Positions 29,084 to 39,212 of a stretch of 64,000 nt of DNA are shown in pieces (the stretch's first letter is position 1; each line of letters opens with the position of its first letter). A model generated the notes under the pieces. The model was not told the origin of the DNA. It did no database searches and worked only from the letters and a program-made list of their open reading frames with translations. Both the position numbers and the translations under genes were made by a program. This DNA is from Roseomonas sp. (lineage in GTDB: Bacteria; Pseudomonadota; Alphaproteobacteria; Acetobacterales; Acetobacteraceae): assembly GCA_041914265.1 (NCBI GenBank), contig JAYSDS010000008.1:8283-72282 (forward strand), given 5' to 3'.

Positions 29084-31276
29084 TCAAACCGGCCCAAGGA
29101 CCCGATAGGCCTGCCGTTCGAGGAAATCGAGGCGCGCCTGGAAATCATCCGGCCGGCACAGCATCACCGCCGTCACGCCAAGCCCGACCGGGCGGCCCGG
29201 ATGGTCCTCCGTCACGCCGACCGGCGTGCCCTTGCCGCCGTCGATCTCGACGATGACCGCACCGCCCGACGCCTCGACATCCAGCACACAGGCGAAGCGG
29301 CCGTCGCCGCTGCCCGCACTCACCGCCGGCAGGAAGGCGCCGGGCGTACCGCCGGCACCGAAGGCGCGCAGCCGCACGCCGTTGCAGCCGACCGGCGCGA
29401 GGCAGCCCAGATGCAGGCGCAGCGGGCCATCGACGCCGATCGGCAGACGCAGCCGGGCGAGGCCAGGCCGCGTCCAGCAGCCCCAGGATTCCATCGGATG
29501 CCAGGCCAGCCCGTCACGCACCAGATCCGCCATGGCCTTGCTGCGCGCCGCCTTGCCGCCGCCGATCAGGCGCAGCGGATAGATCACGGCCGGGGAGAGC
29601 AGCACCGGCGCTTCCGCCGGCTCGGCACCATGCGCGGAGACCTCGCGCATCACCTGGTCGGCGATGTCGCCCCAGCTCCGCAGCGATACCGTCTCGCGCA
29701 CCACGGCCTCGCGGCGCGCGCGTTCCTCGGCGTCGAAGACCAGCGTCTCGAGCTTCGCAACCAGGTCCGGCAGGTTGTCCGGCTCGAAATAGACCGCCGC
29801 CTCGCCGCCCGCCTCGGTGAGCGAGGTGTTGCGCGCGACCAGCGGCACCCGGCCGAAGGAAAGGCTTTCCGTCACCGGCAGGCCCCAGCCTTCGTAGAAG
29901 CTGTTGGTCACGGTGAACATCGCGCGGCCATAGAGCGCGGCGAGGGCGACATCGGGAACGCCATGGGCAATCGAGACGCGTTCCTGCAACGCGGGGGAAT
30001 TGCGCCACAGCGTCATCGCCGCATCGGCCAGCCAGCCTGCCTTGCCGATGCAGACGAGGCGCGGTACGCGCTCGGCCCCATGCCGGCGGATCAGCGCCAG
30101 CCAGGCCTGGAACAGCATCAGGTGGTTCTTGCGGCTTTCGATGGTGCCGACGCAGAGAACGAAATCCTCGCCCGGCTCCGGCAGGTCGGCACGCGCCGGC
30201 CAGCCATCGGCCGCGGCCGCACCGAGTTCCCGCCGCAGATCGGCATCGAGGCGCACCACGCTGACCGGCAGGCTCCGCTCGGGCACGATCTCGGCCGCGA
30301 TGCGGCGCGCATCGGCGGCGGACCATTCGGAAATGGCGAGCGCGGAATCCGACAGCACGGTCATGGAGGAGAACCACTGCGCGAATTCCCGCGCGAGATC
30401 CTCATGGCAATGCTCGGGCACCATCAGCGGGATGCAGTCATAGACGAGCGGCACGTAGCGCACGCCGTATTGCCGCATGACGTGGCGCACCCGCAGGAAA
30501 TAGTCGGGGATCCACCAGGATGTGCCGAGATTGACCAGGCTCGCACCCGGCGCGAAGACGAAGTCCGGCCCGTCGCGCAGCGTCTCGCGCAGTTCCTCGA
30601 CGACTTCCTTCCAGGCCGGCGCACCCACCTCGCCGCCGATGCGCGACAGGCGCCACAGCCGCAGGAAGAGGTCCCGCCCGATCTCTCGCCAGAAGCCCGA
30701 GGCATCGTCGAAGGCGACGGTGGTGGTGGCCACGCCCTCGATCGGGTCGAGCAGCGCACGCGCGGTGATGTTGAGCTGCACGCGCTGGATGCCCGTCGGC
30801 GTCCGGTTATGCGTGACATAGGCGACGAGGTCGGAGCTGTCGAAGACGATCTGCAGCGACTGCCCCGGCGCGCGCGGCTGCTGCGACAGCGGCCCCGCGA
30901 GCCGCGCGAGGGCCTGCGCGTTGCGCGCCGCCTCCCCGCTGTCGGGGTCGAGTTCCAATGCCCGGGCATAGGCGCGCCAGGCGCCCTCCCCTTCCCCCAG
31001 CAGCTTCAGCGCATGGCCGATGTGCAGATGCACGTCCGAGCTGTTCGGCGCCGCGGCCGCGGCCTCCCGATAGGCGACGAGGGCCGCGGCGACGTCCCCG
31101 CCTTCCTTCAGGCTGTGGCCGAGCTGGATGCGCGCGCGCCAATCTTCCGGCTGCTGCAGCAGATGCGCGCGATAGGCCAGCGCCGCGGCATCCCACATGC
31201 GCTGGTCGCGCAGTGAATCGGCCTGACGCAGCGCGTCCCCGGCCATCACGCCGTCGTCCTGGCCCTGATCATCCAT
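29084..31276 (-). CDS. TPR-repeat glycosyltransferase family 1 (GT4) protein with an unassigned C-terminal domain
   Basis: The ORF starts at TTG 31300; I prefer ATG 31276 (MDDQGQDD). N-terminal TPR-like repeats, then a GT4 core with FYEGWGLPVTESL (E-x7-E). The last roughly 150 aa match nothing I recognise. Confidence 0.8.
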   Translation of the reverse strand: MDDQGQDDGVMAGDALRQADSLRDQRMWDAAALAYRAHLLQQPEDWRARIQLGHSLKEGGDVAAALVAYREAAAAAPNSSDVHLHIGHALKLLGEGEGAWRAYARALELDPDSGEAARNAQALARLAGPLSQQPRAPGQSLQIVFDSSDLVAYVTHNRTPTGIQRVQLNITARALLDPIEGVATTTVAFDDASGFWREIGRDLFLRLWRLSRIGGEVGAPAWKEVVEELRETLRDGPDFVFAPGASLVNLGTSWWIPDYFLRVRHVMRQYGVRYVPLVYDCIPLMVPEHCHEDLAREFAQWFSSMTVLSDSALAISEWSAADARRIAAEIVPERSLPVSVVRLDADLRRELGAAAADGWPARADLPEPGEDFVLCVGTIESRKNHLMLFQAWLALIRRHGAERVPRLVCIGKAGWLADAAMTLWRNSPALQERVSIAHGVPDVALAALYGRAMFTVTNSFYEGWGLPVTESLSFGRVPLVARNTSLTEAGGEAAVYFEPDNLPDLVAKLETLVFDAEERARREAVVRETVSLRSWGDIADQVMREVSAHGAEPAEAPVLLSPAVIYPLRLIGGGKAARSKAMADLVRDGLAWHPMESWGCWTRPGLARLRLPIGVDGPLRLHLGCLAPVGCNGVRLRAFGAGGTPGAFLPAVSAGSGDGRFACVLDVEASGGAVIVEIDGGKGTPVGVTEDHPGRPVGLGVTAVMLCRPDDFQARLDFLERQAYRVLGPV

Positions 31277-31328
31277 CGCGCAACCCCGCTGCTCGCCCAA
31301 CCGGCGACACCATATGCCACAGCCGCGC

Positions 31329-32678
31329 TCAACCGCCGACTGTCACGCCAAGCTTCGCATAGGCTTCCCGCAGCCGCACCTGATAGCGCTCCGGCGAGAA
31401 CAGCGAGGCCTGGCGGGGCCCCAGCTCCGCCAGCCGCCCGCGCAGGTCGGCATCCGAATCGAGGGCGCGGATGGCATCCACCATCGCCCTGACGTCATAG
31501 GGATCGACCCGGATCGCGGCATCGCCCACCACTTCCGGGATGGAGGAGGTGTTCGAGGTCATCACGGGGGTGCCGAGCAGCATGGCTTCCAGCGCCGGCA
31601 GGCCAAAGCCCTCGTAAAGCGAAGGAAAGAGCACGGCCTTCGCCCCGCGGATCAGGCTGACCAGCAGCGGGAAGGAAGCATAGTCGACAAGCTGGACACG
31701 GAAACGTGTCTCGGTCCGCCCGTCACGCGTCAGCAGGTAGCGCACATGCTCGTTCTCGAAGAGCAGGCGCAGCTCCTCATCCGACTTCCAGGCCTTCTTG
31801 CCCACGATCACCAGCGGGTCCGTCACGCCCGAGGCGAGATAGGCCTCGACCATCCGTCCGACATTCTTCTTGGGCTCGATGGCGCCGAAGAAAAGGAAAT
31901 AGCGCTGGTAGCCGAGGCCGAAGGTGCCCTCGATCTCGGTCTGCACGTCGGCCACCGGCTTTCCGGCGTAGCGGGCCGGGATCTCGACCGCCTGGTAGGT
32001 GTTGGTCACCCGTTCCTCGGGAATGCCGAGCAGGCTGACGATGTCGCGCTTCGAGGCCTCGCTGACCGTGATGATGTGGTCGCCACGGCGGGCAAGCTGG
32101 CGGGCCAGGCGGAAGTAGTTCCGCTTGTTGTCGAGCGTGGTGTAGGGCAGCCGCAGCGGCACGAGGTCGTGCAGCGTGTAGATGTTCTTGGCACCGCGAA
32201 TCTTGAGCGCGAGCGGGTAGGTCCAGTGCATGACCTGCGGCGGGCCGCGGAAATGCACCGACATCCGGTTGCGGTACAGCTTGAAGTGCAGGCGCTGCAG
32301 GTCGAACAGGTTCTGCACGTTCCAGACATGGTCGAAATGGGGCAGGCGCGCGCGGAAGGTGTCGCGCACCACGCGCCCGGTGATCGGCACCTGGGTCGCG
32401 ATCTCACCCAGCGGCGTCGTCAGGGCGCGGCGGATGACGTGCCCGATTTCGGCGATGCGCGACGGGCGTCCGACCAACGGATCGAAGAAGGCGATCTCAC
32501 GAATTAGCGAGTTCATGCTGATCGTGGAGGATTTCGTCCCGTACAGCACGCCCACCTCCGCCCCCAGGTCCCGCAGGGCGAAGGATAGGTTCCGCGCATA
32601 GGTCGCGACCCCGGTGCCTTGCGTGAGGGAGAGGTTGAACCCGTCGATGAAGATGCGCGGCGGGCGCTTGGGAGTCAT
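31329..32678 (-). CDS. glycosyltransferase family 1 (GT4)
   Basis: 449 aa. Contains IFIDGFNLSLTQGTGVATYARNL and LYEGFGLPALEAM (E-x7-E). Confidence 0.88.
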   Translation of the reverse strand: MTPKRPPRIFIDGFNLSLTQGTGVATYARNLSFALRDLGAEVGVLYGTKSSTISMNSLIREIAFFDPLVGRPSRIAEIGHVIRRALTTPLGEIATQVPITGRVVRDTFRARLPHFDHVWNVQNLFDLQRLHFKLYRNRMSVHFRGPPQVMHWTYPLALKIRGAKNIYTLHDLVPLRLPYTTLDNKRNYFRLARQLARRGDHIITVSEASKRDIVSLLGIPEERVTNTYQAVEIPARYAGKPVADVQTEIEGTFGLGYQRYFLFFGAIEPKKNVGRMVEAYLASGVTDPLVIVGKKAWKSDEELRLLFENEHVRYLLTRDGRTETRFRVQLVDYASFPLLVSLIRGAKAVLFPSLYEGFGLPALEAMLLGTPVMTSNTSSIPEVVGDAAIRVDPYDVRAMVDAIRALDSDADLRGRLAELGPRQASLFSPERYQVRLREAYAKLGVTVGG

Positions 32679-32823
32679 GGGCGAGTGGTCCGATTCGCAA
32701 CGCGGCTCGGCCGCGGCACGGATCGCCCGGCCAGGGCGGGCCCGGCAGCAGCCCTCGTCCCGACAAGCTGCGGTGCAGCGCAGCGAAGGTCAAGCGAGGC
32801 CTGCTACCGGGCACCCTGCCCGG

Positions 32824-34143
32824 TCAGTCGAGGAACTCCGGCGAAACGAGGCGAGGCAGGAACAGCACCACATCGGGCCAGACGATGATGAGCAGCAACA
32901 CGCCCAGCATCGGCAGCAGCATGAGGCAGGTGTCCTTGAGCGCGTCCATCATGCGCATCCCCGCCACATGGCAGGCGATCATCAGGCACAGGCCATAGGG
33001 CGGCGTGACCAGGCCGAAGGCCAGGCTGACGATGCCGATCATGGCGAAGTGGACGGGGTCCATCCCCACCCCCACGGTCAGCGGCTGAAGGATGGCGCCG
33101 ACGATGATGATGGCCGGGATGGCATCGAGGAAGCAGCCCACGACGAGGAAGACCGCCGCGACGAAGAGCCCCGTCTGGATCCGCCCCATGCCCCAGGCGG
33201 AGACGCCGGAGAGGATCGCCTCGGGGATCTGGTAGTAGGCGAGCAGCCAGCCGAAGCAGGACGCCGTACCGACGCAGAACAGGGCGACGGCGGCGAGCCG
33301 CCCCGTCTCCCCGAGCGCCTCCCAAAGCTGCTTCAGCCCCATCTCCCGATAGACCGCGAGGGAGAGGAACCCCGCATAGAGCACGGCGATGCACGCGCTC
33401 TCGGTCGCGGTGAACCATCCGAACACCTTGCCGCCGATGATGATGAACGGCGTCATCAGCGCCGGGATGGACACCGCCGCGGCGCAAAGGAAGGCCCGCC
33501 AGGTCGACCGTTCATAGGTCGGGTAGCCGCGCGCCTTCGCATAGGCATGCACGGTCGCCATCTGCACCAGCGCGATCAGGATGCCCGGCACCACCCCCGC
33601 GAGGAACAGCGCGCCGATCGAGACCGTCAGCACGCCGCCCCAGACGATCATCAGGATCGAAGGCGGGATGATGACGGCGAGCACCGCCGAGACCGCCGTG
33701 ATCGCGACGGAGAAGCTGTCGTCGTAGCCCTCCTTGCGCTGCGCCTCGATGAAGATCTTGGACTGCGACGCCGCATCGGCGGTGGAGCTGCCGGAGATGC
33801 CCGCGAAGAAGAAGGACAGCACCACGTTGATCTGCGCGAGGCTGCCCGGGAAATGCCCGACCATGGTGCGCGAAAGCGTCATCAGCCGGTCGGTGATGCC
33901 ACCGACATTCATCAGGTTCGCGGTCAGCAGGAAGAAGGGCACCGCGAGCAGGATGAAGGAGTTGTACGCGTTGAAGGTCTCCTGCATCAGCACCATGGGC
34001 CCGAGGCGCGGTTCCAGCGCCAGTACCGGCAGGCAGGCGAGGCCGAGCGAGACGGCGACGGGCACCCGCAGCGCGAGCAGCATGAAGAAGCCGCCGAAGA
34101 GCAGCCAGGCCGCCTGCCCCGCCGCAAGGGTATTGCCGCCCAT
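32824..34143 (-). CDS. TRAP transporter large permease (DctM-type)
   Basis: ORF trimmed to ATG 34143 (MGGNTLAAGQ), which overlaps the DctQ stop. 439 aa and highly hydrophobic. Confidence 0.92.
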   Translation of the reverse strand: MGGNTLAAGQAAWLLFGGFFMLLALRVPVAVSLGLACLPVLALEPRLGPMVLMQETFNAYNSFILLAVPFFLLTANLMNVGGITDRLMTLSRTMVGHFPGSLAQINVVLSFFFAGISGSSTADAASQSKIFIEAQRKEGYDDSFSVAITAVSAVLAVIIPPSILMIVWGGVLTVSIGALFLAGVVPGILIALVQMATVHAYAKARGYPTYERSTWRAFLCAAAVSIPALMTPFIIIGGKVFGWFTATESACIAVLYAGFLSLAVYREMGLKQLWEALGETGRLAAVALFCVGTASCFGWLLAYYQIPEAILSGVSAWGMGRIQTGLFVAAVFLVVGCFLDAIPAIIIVGAILQPLTVGVGMDPVHFAMIGIVSLAFGLVTPPYGLCLMIACHVAGMRMMDALKDTCLMLLPMLGVLLLIIVWPDVVLFLPRLVSPEFLD

Positions 34144-34652
34144 CACGCGGCCTCCCCGTGGATCAGGACGTGCAGGTCGTCGACGAACTTCTCCCCGCCG
34201 AAGAGCAGCCAGGAAACGCCGAGGATCGGCCATGGCAGGTGGATCAGCCACAGGGGCAGCTCCGCCAGCTCGCTGATGCGGAACCAGGCGAAGTCCACGA
34301 ACTCGATGCCGTACCACAGGAAGGTCGCGCCGAAGAGCAGCACGAAGACCCCGGAGACGAGACCCATGAAGGCGCGGAAGCGCCCCGTCAGGCGCGGCCA
34401 GAGATCGACGATGAAGTGGATCCCCTCCCGCTGCCCCACCATGGCGCCGATCATGATGGTCCAGACGAGAAGGAAGCGCGCCATCTCCTCGGTCCAGATC
34501 CAGTGCGGCAGCAGATGCGTCTGGCGCGAGACCACCTGCAAGGTGACGGGAATGACGAGGATCAGCACGGAGAGGGCAAGCAGCGCCGACAGCAGCCGCG
34601 CATAGACGGCGGATGCCCGGCGCACCAGGCCGCGCAGGCCGGTTTGAGGCAT
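34143..34652 (-). CDS. TRAP transporter small permease (DctQ-type)
   Basis: ORF trimmed to ATG 34652 (MPQTGLRGLVRR). About 169 aa with 4 TM segments. Confidence 0.88.
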   Translation of the reverse strand: MPQTGLRGLVRRASAVYARLLSALLALSVLILVIPVTLQVVSRQTHLLPHWIWTEEMARFLLVWTIMIGAMVGQREGIHFIVDLWPRLTGRFRAFMGLVSGVFVLLFGATFLWYGIEFVDFAWFRISELAELPLWLIHLPWPILGVSWLLFGGEKFVDDLHVLIHGEAA

Positions 34653-34713
34653 GGGAAGCTCCGGAATGCGGGGGATGGCGGCCGGCGGCGCGCGCCGCCG
34701 GCCGGGCGCGGGA

Positions 34714-35718
34714 TCAGGCGGAGATGGCGTTGATGCGGGTGAAGATCGTCTCCGCATCCACCTCCCGCGCATAGGCGACCATGACCGGATCGACGGCGCG
34801 CTTCAGCGCGTCGCGCTCGGTGAACTCGACGCGGCGCAGCCGGCCGGCCTGTTCGAGCTGCGCGATCTTCTGCCCGTCTTCGGTGCTCTCCGCCTGGCGA
34901 CCGAAGCTGCCGGCTTCCTTGCCGGCGCGGCGGACCGCCTCCTGCAGCGGCGCGGGAAGGCGCGCCAACGTCTGCGTCGCGAAGCAGATGGGGCGGATGG
35001 TGATGGCGTGCTGCGTCATGATGAGGTTCGGCGCGACCTCGTAGAAGCGCATCGCCTCGACGCCCGCGGCCTCGTTCTCGCCGGCCTCGATGACGTTGTT
35101 CTGGATGCCGTTGTAGACCTCGTTATAGGCGATGACCGAGGGCGACATCCCCGCCGCCTGGAAGGTGCGCGACCAGATCGGCGCGCCTTGCACGCGGACC
35201 TTGAGGCCGCGCAGCTCCGCCATGTTGGTGATGCGCTTGTTGGCGAAGATGTTGCGCACCCCGCCGCCGGCATAACCGATCAGCGCGACGCGGGCGCGGC
35301 GTTCGATCTCGGTCGCGACCGGGGCGAACAGGTCCTGGTCGAGCACCGCGTTCCAATGCGGCAGGTCGCGGAACAGGAAGGGCGCATCGACGAAGGGCGC
35401 GGCGCGGCTGAAAGTGGACATGTGGGCGGGCGAGACGATGCCGTAATCCACGGCGCCGCGGCCGGCGGACATGTACTCGAAATACTGCTTCTCGAGCCCG
35501 AGCGAGGAGTTCTTGTGCAGGATGAAGTTCACCGGCTGGGCCGTGTAGTACTGCTTCACCAGTTCCTCGAACCGCACCAGGGCGCGGGTGAAGACGTGGT
35601 CGTCGTTGAACTGCACGGCCCCGTTCAGGGTGATGGCCTGCTGCGCCCGCGCGACATGCGGGGTCCCCAGCAGGACGGCGCCGCCGGCGATGGCGCGCGC
35701 GAAGTCCCGACGCTTCAT
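34714..35718 (-). CDS. TRAP transporter substrate-binding protein (DctP-type)
   Basis: 334 aa. Tat-like signal MKRRDFARAIAGGAVLLGTPHVARAQ. GGGAGAGAG SD. Confidence 0.9.
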   Translation of the reverse strand: MKRRDFARAIAGGAVLLGTPHVARAQQAITLNGAVQFNDDHVFTRALVRFEELVKQYYTAQPVNFILHKNSSLGLEKQYFEYMSAGRGAVDYGIVSPAHMSTFSRAAPFVDAPFLFRDLPHWNAVLDQDLFAPVATEIERRARVALIGYAGGGVRNIFANKRITNMAELRGLKVRVQGAPIWSRTFQAAGMSPSVIAYNEVYNGIQNNVIEAGENEAAGVEAMRFYEVAPNLIMTQHAITIRPICFATQTLARLPAPLQEAVRRAGKEAGSFGRQAESTEDGQKIAQLEQAGRLRRVEFTERDALKRAVDPVMVAYAREVDAETIFTRINAISA

Positions 35719-35866
35719 GAACGCTCTCTCCCTTTGTCAGGCCGACTTCATGCCGGCTCCGAAGCGACTATAGGGGGCGAAGTCCCGGCAAGGGAACCGC
35801 GCGCTTCCGCCCCTTCCCCGCTGGCCCCGCCTGATCGACACTGCGCCCGGCCAAGGAGGAAACGAG

Positions 35867-36610
35867 ATGAACCGACTGGACCTGACGGGGCGCGTTGCCG
35901 TGATCACGGGCGGGGCGCGGGGCATCGGCCTCGCCATCGCGCGCCGGGCGGTGGAATCCGGTGCCACGGTCGCGCTGTGGGACATGGATGCGCAGGCGGG
36001 CGCCGAGGCCGCCGCGGCGCTCGGCCGGGCTTCCTCCCATGCGCTCGACCTGACGGACGAAGCCGCGATCGGGCAGGCGCTCGCCGCGACCCTGGCCGCG
36101 CATGGGCGCGTCGACATCCTGGTGAACAATGCCGGCATCACCGGCGGCAACGCCCCGTCCTGGGAACTGCCCACGGCCGAATGGCGCCGCGTGATCGAGG
36201 TGAACCTGATCGCACCCTACCTCGTCGCCCGCGCCCTGGTGCCCGGCATGATCGCGGCCGGCTATGGGCGCGTGGTGAACATCGCCTCCATCGCGGGCAA
36301 GGAGGGCAATCCGAACGCCTCCCACTACAGCGCGTCGAAGGCCGGGCTGATCGGCTTCACCAAGTCGCTCGGCAAGGAGCTGGCGACGACCGGCGTGCTG
36401 GCCAACTGCATCACCCCCGCCGCCGCCGCGACCGACATCTTCAAACAGATGACGGAACAGCAGATCGCCTGGATGCGCTCCAAGATCCCGATGGATCGCT
36501 TCGTGCAGGTGGAGGAGATCGCCGCCCTGGCCTGCTGGCTCGCCTCGGAGGACTGCTCCTTCTCGACGGGCGCGGTCTTCGACATCTCGGGTGGGCGGGC
36601 GGTTTACTGA
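35867..36610 (+). CDS. SDR family oxidoreductase (FabG-like)
   Basis: 247 aa. Contains [16 protein letters not shown] and YSASKAG (YxxxK). AAGGAGGAA SD. Confidence 0.92.
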   Translation: MNRLDLTGRVAVITGGARGIGLAIARRAVESGATVALWDMDAQAGAEAAAALGRASSHALDLTDEAAIGQALAATLAAHGRVDILVNNAGITGGNAPSWELPTAEWRRVIEVNLIAPYLVARALVPGMIAAGYGRVVNIASIAGKEGNPNASHYSASKAGLIGFTKSLGKELATTGVLANCITPAAAATDIFKQMTEQQIAWMRSKIPMDRFVQVEEIAALACWLASEDCSFSTGAVFDISGGRAVY

Positions 36611-36656
36611 CGCCCCGCCCCCGCGCAGAGTGCCGCGCATCGCCAGCCATGAGGAC

Positions 36657-37418
36657 ATGTCCATGAGCCAATCGAAGATCGCCGTCGTCACCGGCGCGGG
36701 CACCGGCGTCGGCCGCGCGGCAGCCCTTGCCCTGCTCGGCGGCGGCTGGACCGTCGTGCTGACCGGCCGCCGCAAGGACGCCCTGGAGGAGAGCATCGCC
36801 CTCGCCGGCGACGCCGCGCCGCGCGCGCTCGCCGTCCCCGCCGATGTCGCGGACCCGGCCGCCGTCGATGCGCTCTTCGCCACGGTGAAGGACAAGTACG
36901 GCCGGCTCGACATGCTGTTCAACAATGCCGGCCAGAACGTCCCCGGCACGCCCTTCGAGGACCTGACCTACGCCGACTGGACGCGCGTGGTCGGCGTGAA
37001 CCTGACCGGCTCCTTCCTCTGCGCCCAGGCCGCCTTCCGCATCATGAAGGACCAGTCGCCGCAGGGCGGGCGCATCATCAACAACGGATCGATCAGCGCC
37101 CATACGCCGCGGCCTGACAGTGCGCCCTACACCGCGACGAAGCACGCGATCACGGGGCTGACCAAGTCGATCATGCTCGACGGGCGCAAATACGACATCT
37201 GCGCCGGGCAGATCGACATCGGCAATGCGGCCACGCCGATGACCGCGCGCATGACGAAGGGCGTGAAGCAGGCCGATGGCAGCGTTGCCGTCGAACCGAC
37301 CATGGACGTGAACCATGTCGGCCAGGCCATCCTGCACATGGCGAACCTGCCGCTGGAATCGAACATCTTCACCATGACCATCAAGGCGACGAAGATGCCG
37401 TTCGAAGGGCGCGGCTGA
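36657..37418 (+). CDS. SDR family oxidoreductase
   Basis: ORF trimmed to ATG 36657 ([23 protein letters not shown]). Contains NNAG and YTATKHA. Confidence 0.9.
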   Translation: MSMSQSKIAVVTGAGTGVGRAAALALLGGGWTVVLTGRRKDALEESIALAGDAAPRALAVPADVADPAAVDALFATVKDKYGRLDMLFNNAGQNVPGTPFEDLTYADWTRVVGVNLTGSFLCAQAAFRIMKDQSPQGGRIINNGSISAHTPRPDSAPYTATKHAITGLTKSIMLDGRKYDICAGQIDIGNAATPMTARMTKGVKQADGSVAVEPTMDVNHVGQAILHMANLPLESNIFTMTIKATKMPFEGRG

Positions 37419-37432
37419 CGGAAGAAAAGGCC

Positions 37433-37452
37433 GGGGGAGGAACACCTCCCCC
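37433..37452. terminator. GC-rich hairpin between convergent genes (putative bidirectional terminator)
   Basis: GGGGGAGG aaca CCTCCCCC, a perfect 8-bp stem. No clear U-tract. Confidence 0.5.
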
Positions 37453-37517
37453 GAAGTGGGTTCCCATCGGCGATGCGCAGCGGCGTCGATGGGTCCCAAT
37501 CCTCCGCCGCTTGTTGT

Positions 37518-39080
37518 CTATTGGCGCTGGGCGTCGCGCTCGGCCAGCAGCCGGCGAACCTCGTTCTTGGGCACCTTGCCGTAGCCCGACCGCGGCAGCG
37601 CATCCCACACCACGATGCGCGAAGGCCATTTGTAGCGGCCGAGCCGGCCATCCAGATGCGCCATCACCGCATCCACATCCACCACGGCGCCCTCGCGCGG
37701 CACCAGCACCGCGACGCCCGCCTCGCCCCATTTCTCGTGCGGCACGCCGACCACGCAGGCCTCGGCCACGGCGGGGTGCGTGATCAGCACTTCCTCGACC
37801 TCGCGCGGATACACATTCGACCCGCCCGAGATGTACATGTCCGACTGCCGGCCGGTGATGAACAGGAACCCGCGCGCATCGAGATGCCCGAGGTCCCCCG
37901 TATGGAACCACCCGCCCGCGAAGGCCTTCTCATTGGCTGACGGATTGTCGAAGTATCCCGCCATCACAGCCGGGCCGCGCACGCAGATCTCGCCGGTCTC
38001 GCCGGGCGGCAGGCGCCGGTATTCCGCATCCAGGATCGCCACCTCGATCCCGGTGCGCGGATAGCCGCAAGACCCGATCGGCATCGCCGGATCATCGTCG
38101 AGGCTGTGCCACTCGGGCGGCAGCACGGTGATGTTCCCCGTCACCTCGCCCAGCCCGAAATACTGCACCAGGCACGGCCCCAGCTTCCGCAGCGCGTGCT
38201 TCTGGTCCTCGCGATACATCGGCGCGCCGGCATAGATGACGTGCCGCAGCGAGGAGTGATCCACCGCATCCACGCTCGCATCGTGGCACAGCGCATTCAG
38301 GATGGTGGGCACGGTGAACATGTTGCTCACCCGGTGGGCCTCGACCAGCCGCCACGCCTCCGGCACGTCGAGCCGTTCCCCCGGCATCAGCACCGACACC
38401 GCCCCGCGCGCCACCTGCGCCAGCGCATGGATCCCCGCCCCATGCGACAGCGGCGCCACCACCAGCGAGGCATCGCGCGCACTCAGCCCCGGCATCAGGT
38501 CGGCGATGTGGTTCACCACCACGAAGGCCAATTGCCCATGGGTCAGCGTGCCGCCCTTGGGCCGCCCCGTCGTGCCCGAGGTGTAGAACAGCCAGGCCGG
38601 GTGATCGCGCTCCACCGCCTCGGGTTCCGTCACCGGCGCGCCCTCGGCGACCAGATCCTCCCAGGACAGCCCGGACCCCTCCCCGATCGCGACCTCCAGC
38701 ACGCAGGCCGGGTTTTCGGTGCGCGCCGATGCGCGATGCTCGGGAAACCCGACATCGAACAGATGCGCCCGGCACCCGGCATTGGCGGCGAGGAAGGCCG
38801 CCTCGGGCGGGCTCAGCCGGAAATTGGTCGGCACCCAGACCGCGCCGATCAGCCAGCAGGCCCAGCAGGATTCGAAGATCGCATGGCCATTGCGCGCATG
38901 CACCAGCACCCGGTCGCCCTTGGCGATTCCGCGCGCCCGCAGTGCCCCCGCCGCGGCCGCCGCGCGCTGCGCGATCTCCGCCCAGGACCAGGAGCGGTCG
39001 CGCCACACCAGCCCCGGCCTATCCGGCAGCCGCCGTGCCGTCTGCAGCAACAGGGTCGCGAGGTTCGATGTCGGTATCAT
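37518..39080 (-). CDS. AMP-dependent acyl-CoA synthetase/ligase
   Basis: ORF 37518..40394 trimmed to ATG 39080 (MIPTSNLATLL), 520 aa. AMP-binding motif LFYTSGTTGRPKG, plus TGDLG and the C-terminal GKVPK. Confidence 0.92.
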   Translation of the reverse strand: MIPTSNLATLLLQTARRLPDRPGLVWRDRSWSWAEIAQRAAAAAGALRARGIAKGDRVLVHARNGHAIFESCWACWLIGAVWVPTNFRLSPPEAAFLAANAGCRAHLFDVGFPEHRASARTENPACVLEVAIGEGSGLSWEDLVAEGAPVTEPEAVERDHPAWLFYTSGTTGRPKGGTLTHGQLAFVVVNHIADLMPGLSARDASLVVAPLSHGAGIHALAQVARGAVSVLMPGERLDVPEAWRLVEAHRVSNMFTVPTILNALCHDASVDAVDHSSLRHVIYAGAPMYREDQKHALRKLGPCLVQYFGLGEVTGNITVLPPEWHSLDDDPAMPIGSCGYPRTGIEVAILDAEYRRLPPGETGEICVRGPAVMAGYFDNPSANEKAFAGGWFHTGDLGHLDARGFLFITGRQSDMYISGGSNVYPREVEEVLITHPAVAEACVVGVPHEKWGEAGVAVLVPREGAVVDVDAVMAHLDGRLGRYKWPSRIVVWDALPRSGYGKVPKNEVRRLLAERDAQRQ

Positions 39081-39212
39081 GCAGCGCTTCCTTCCCGCCC
39101 CCAGGCTGGCCCGCCGCCCACCTCCCGGCAAGCCGCTTGCGGCCCGCGCGCGCCCGCGCCAGTCTGTCGGCCAAGCGCCGGCAAAGCGGCGCAGCCCTTG
39201 GGAGACAACGCC

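Noticed and set aside
27575-31216. Very long ORF (1213 aa, plus strand), the longest in the window.
   Set aside because: It lies antisense to the thioesterase, RraA and TPR-GT4 genes, which have clear family motifs. Its translation is Arg/Ala/Gly/Pro/His-rich low complexity with no motif. This is the expected stop-free antisense frame of high-GC coding DNA.
32614-34605. 663-aa plus-strand ORF with striking Asp/His/Arg/Glu-rich runs. The analogous 40683..42041 minus-strand ORF shows the same pattern.
   Set aside because: Both are antisense to TRAP DctM permease genes. Hydrophobic codons (GCC, CTG, ATC, GTG) read in reverse complement give the charged D/H/R/G pattern, so this is a composition artefact.
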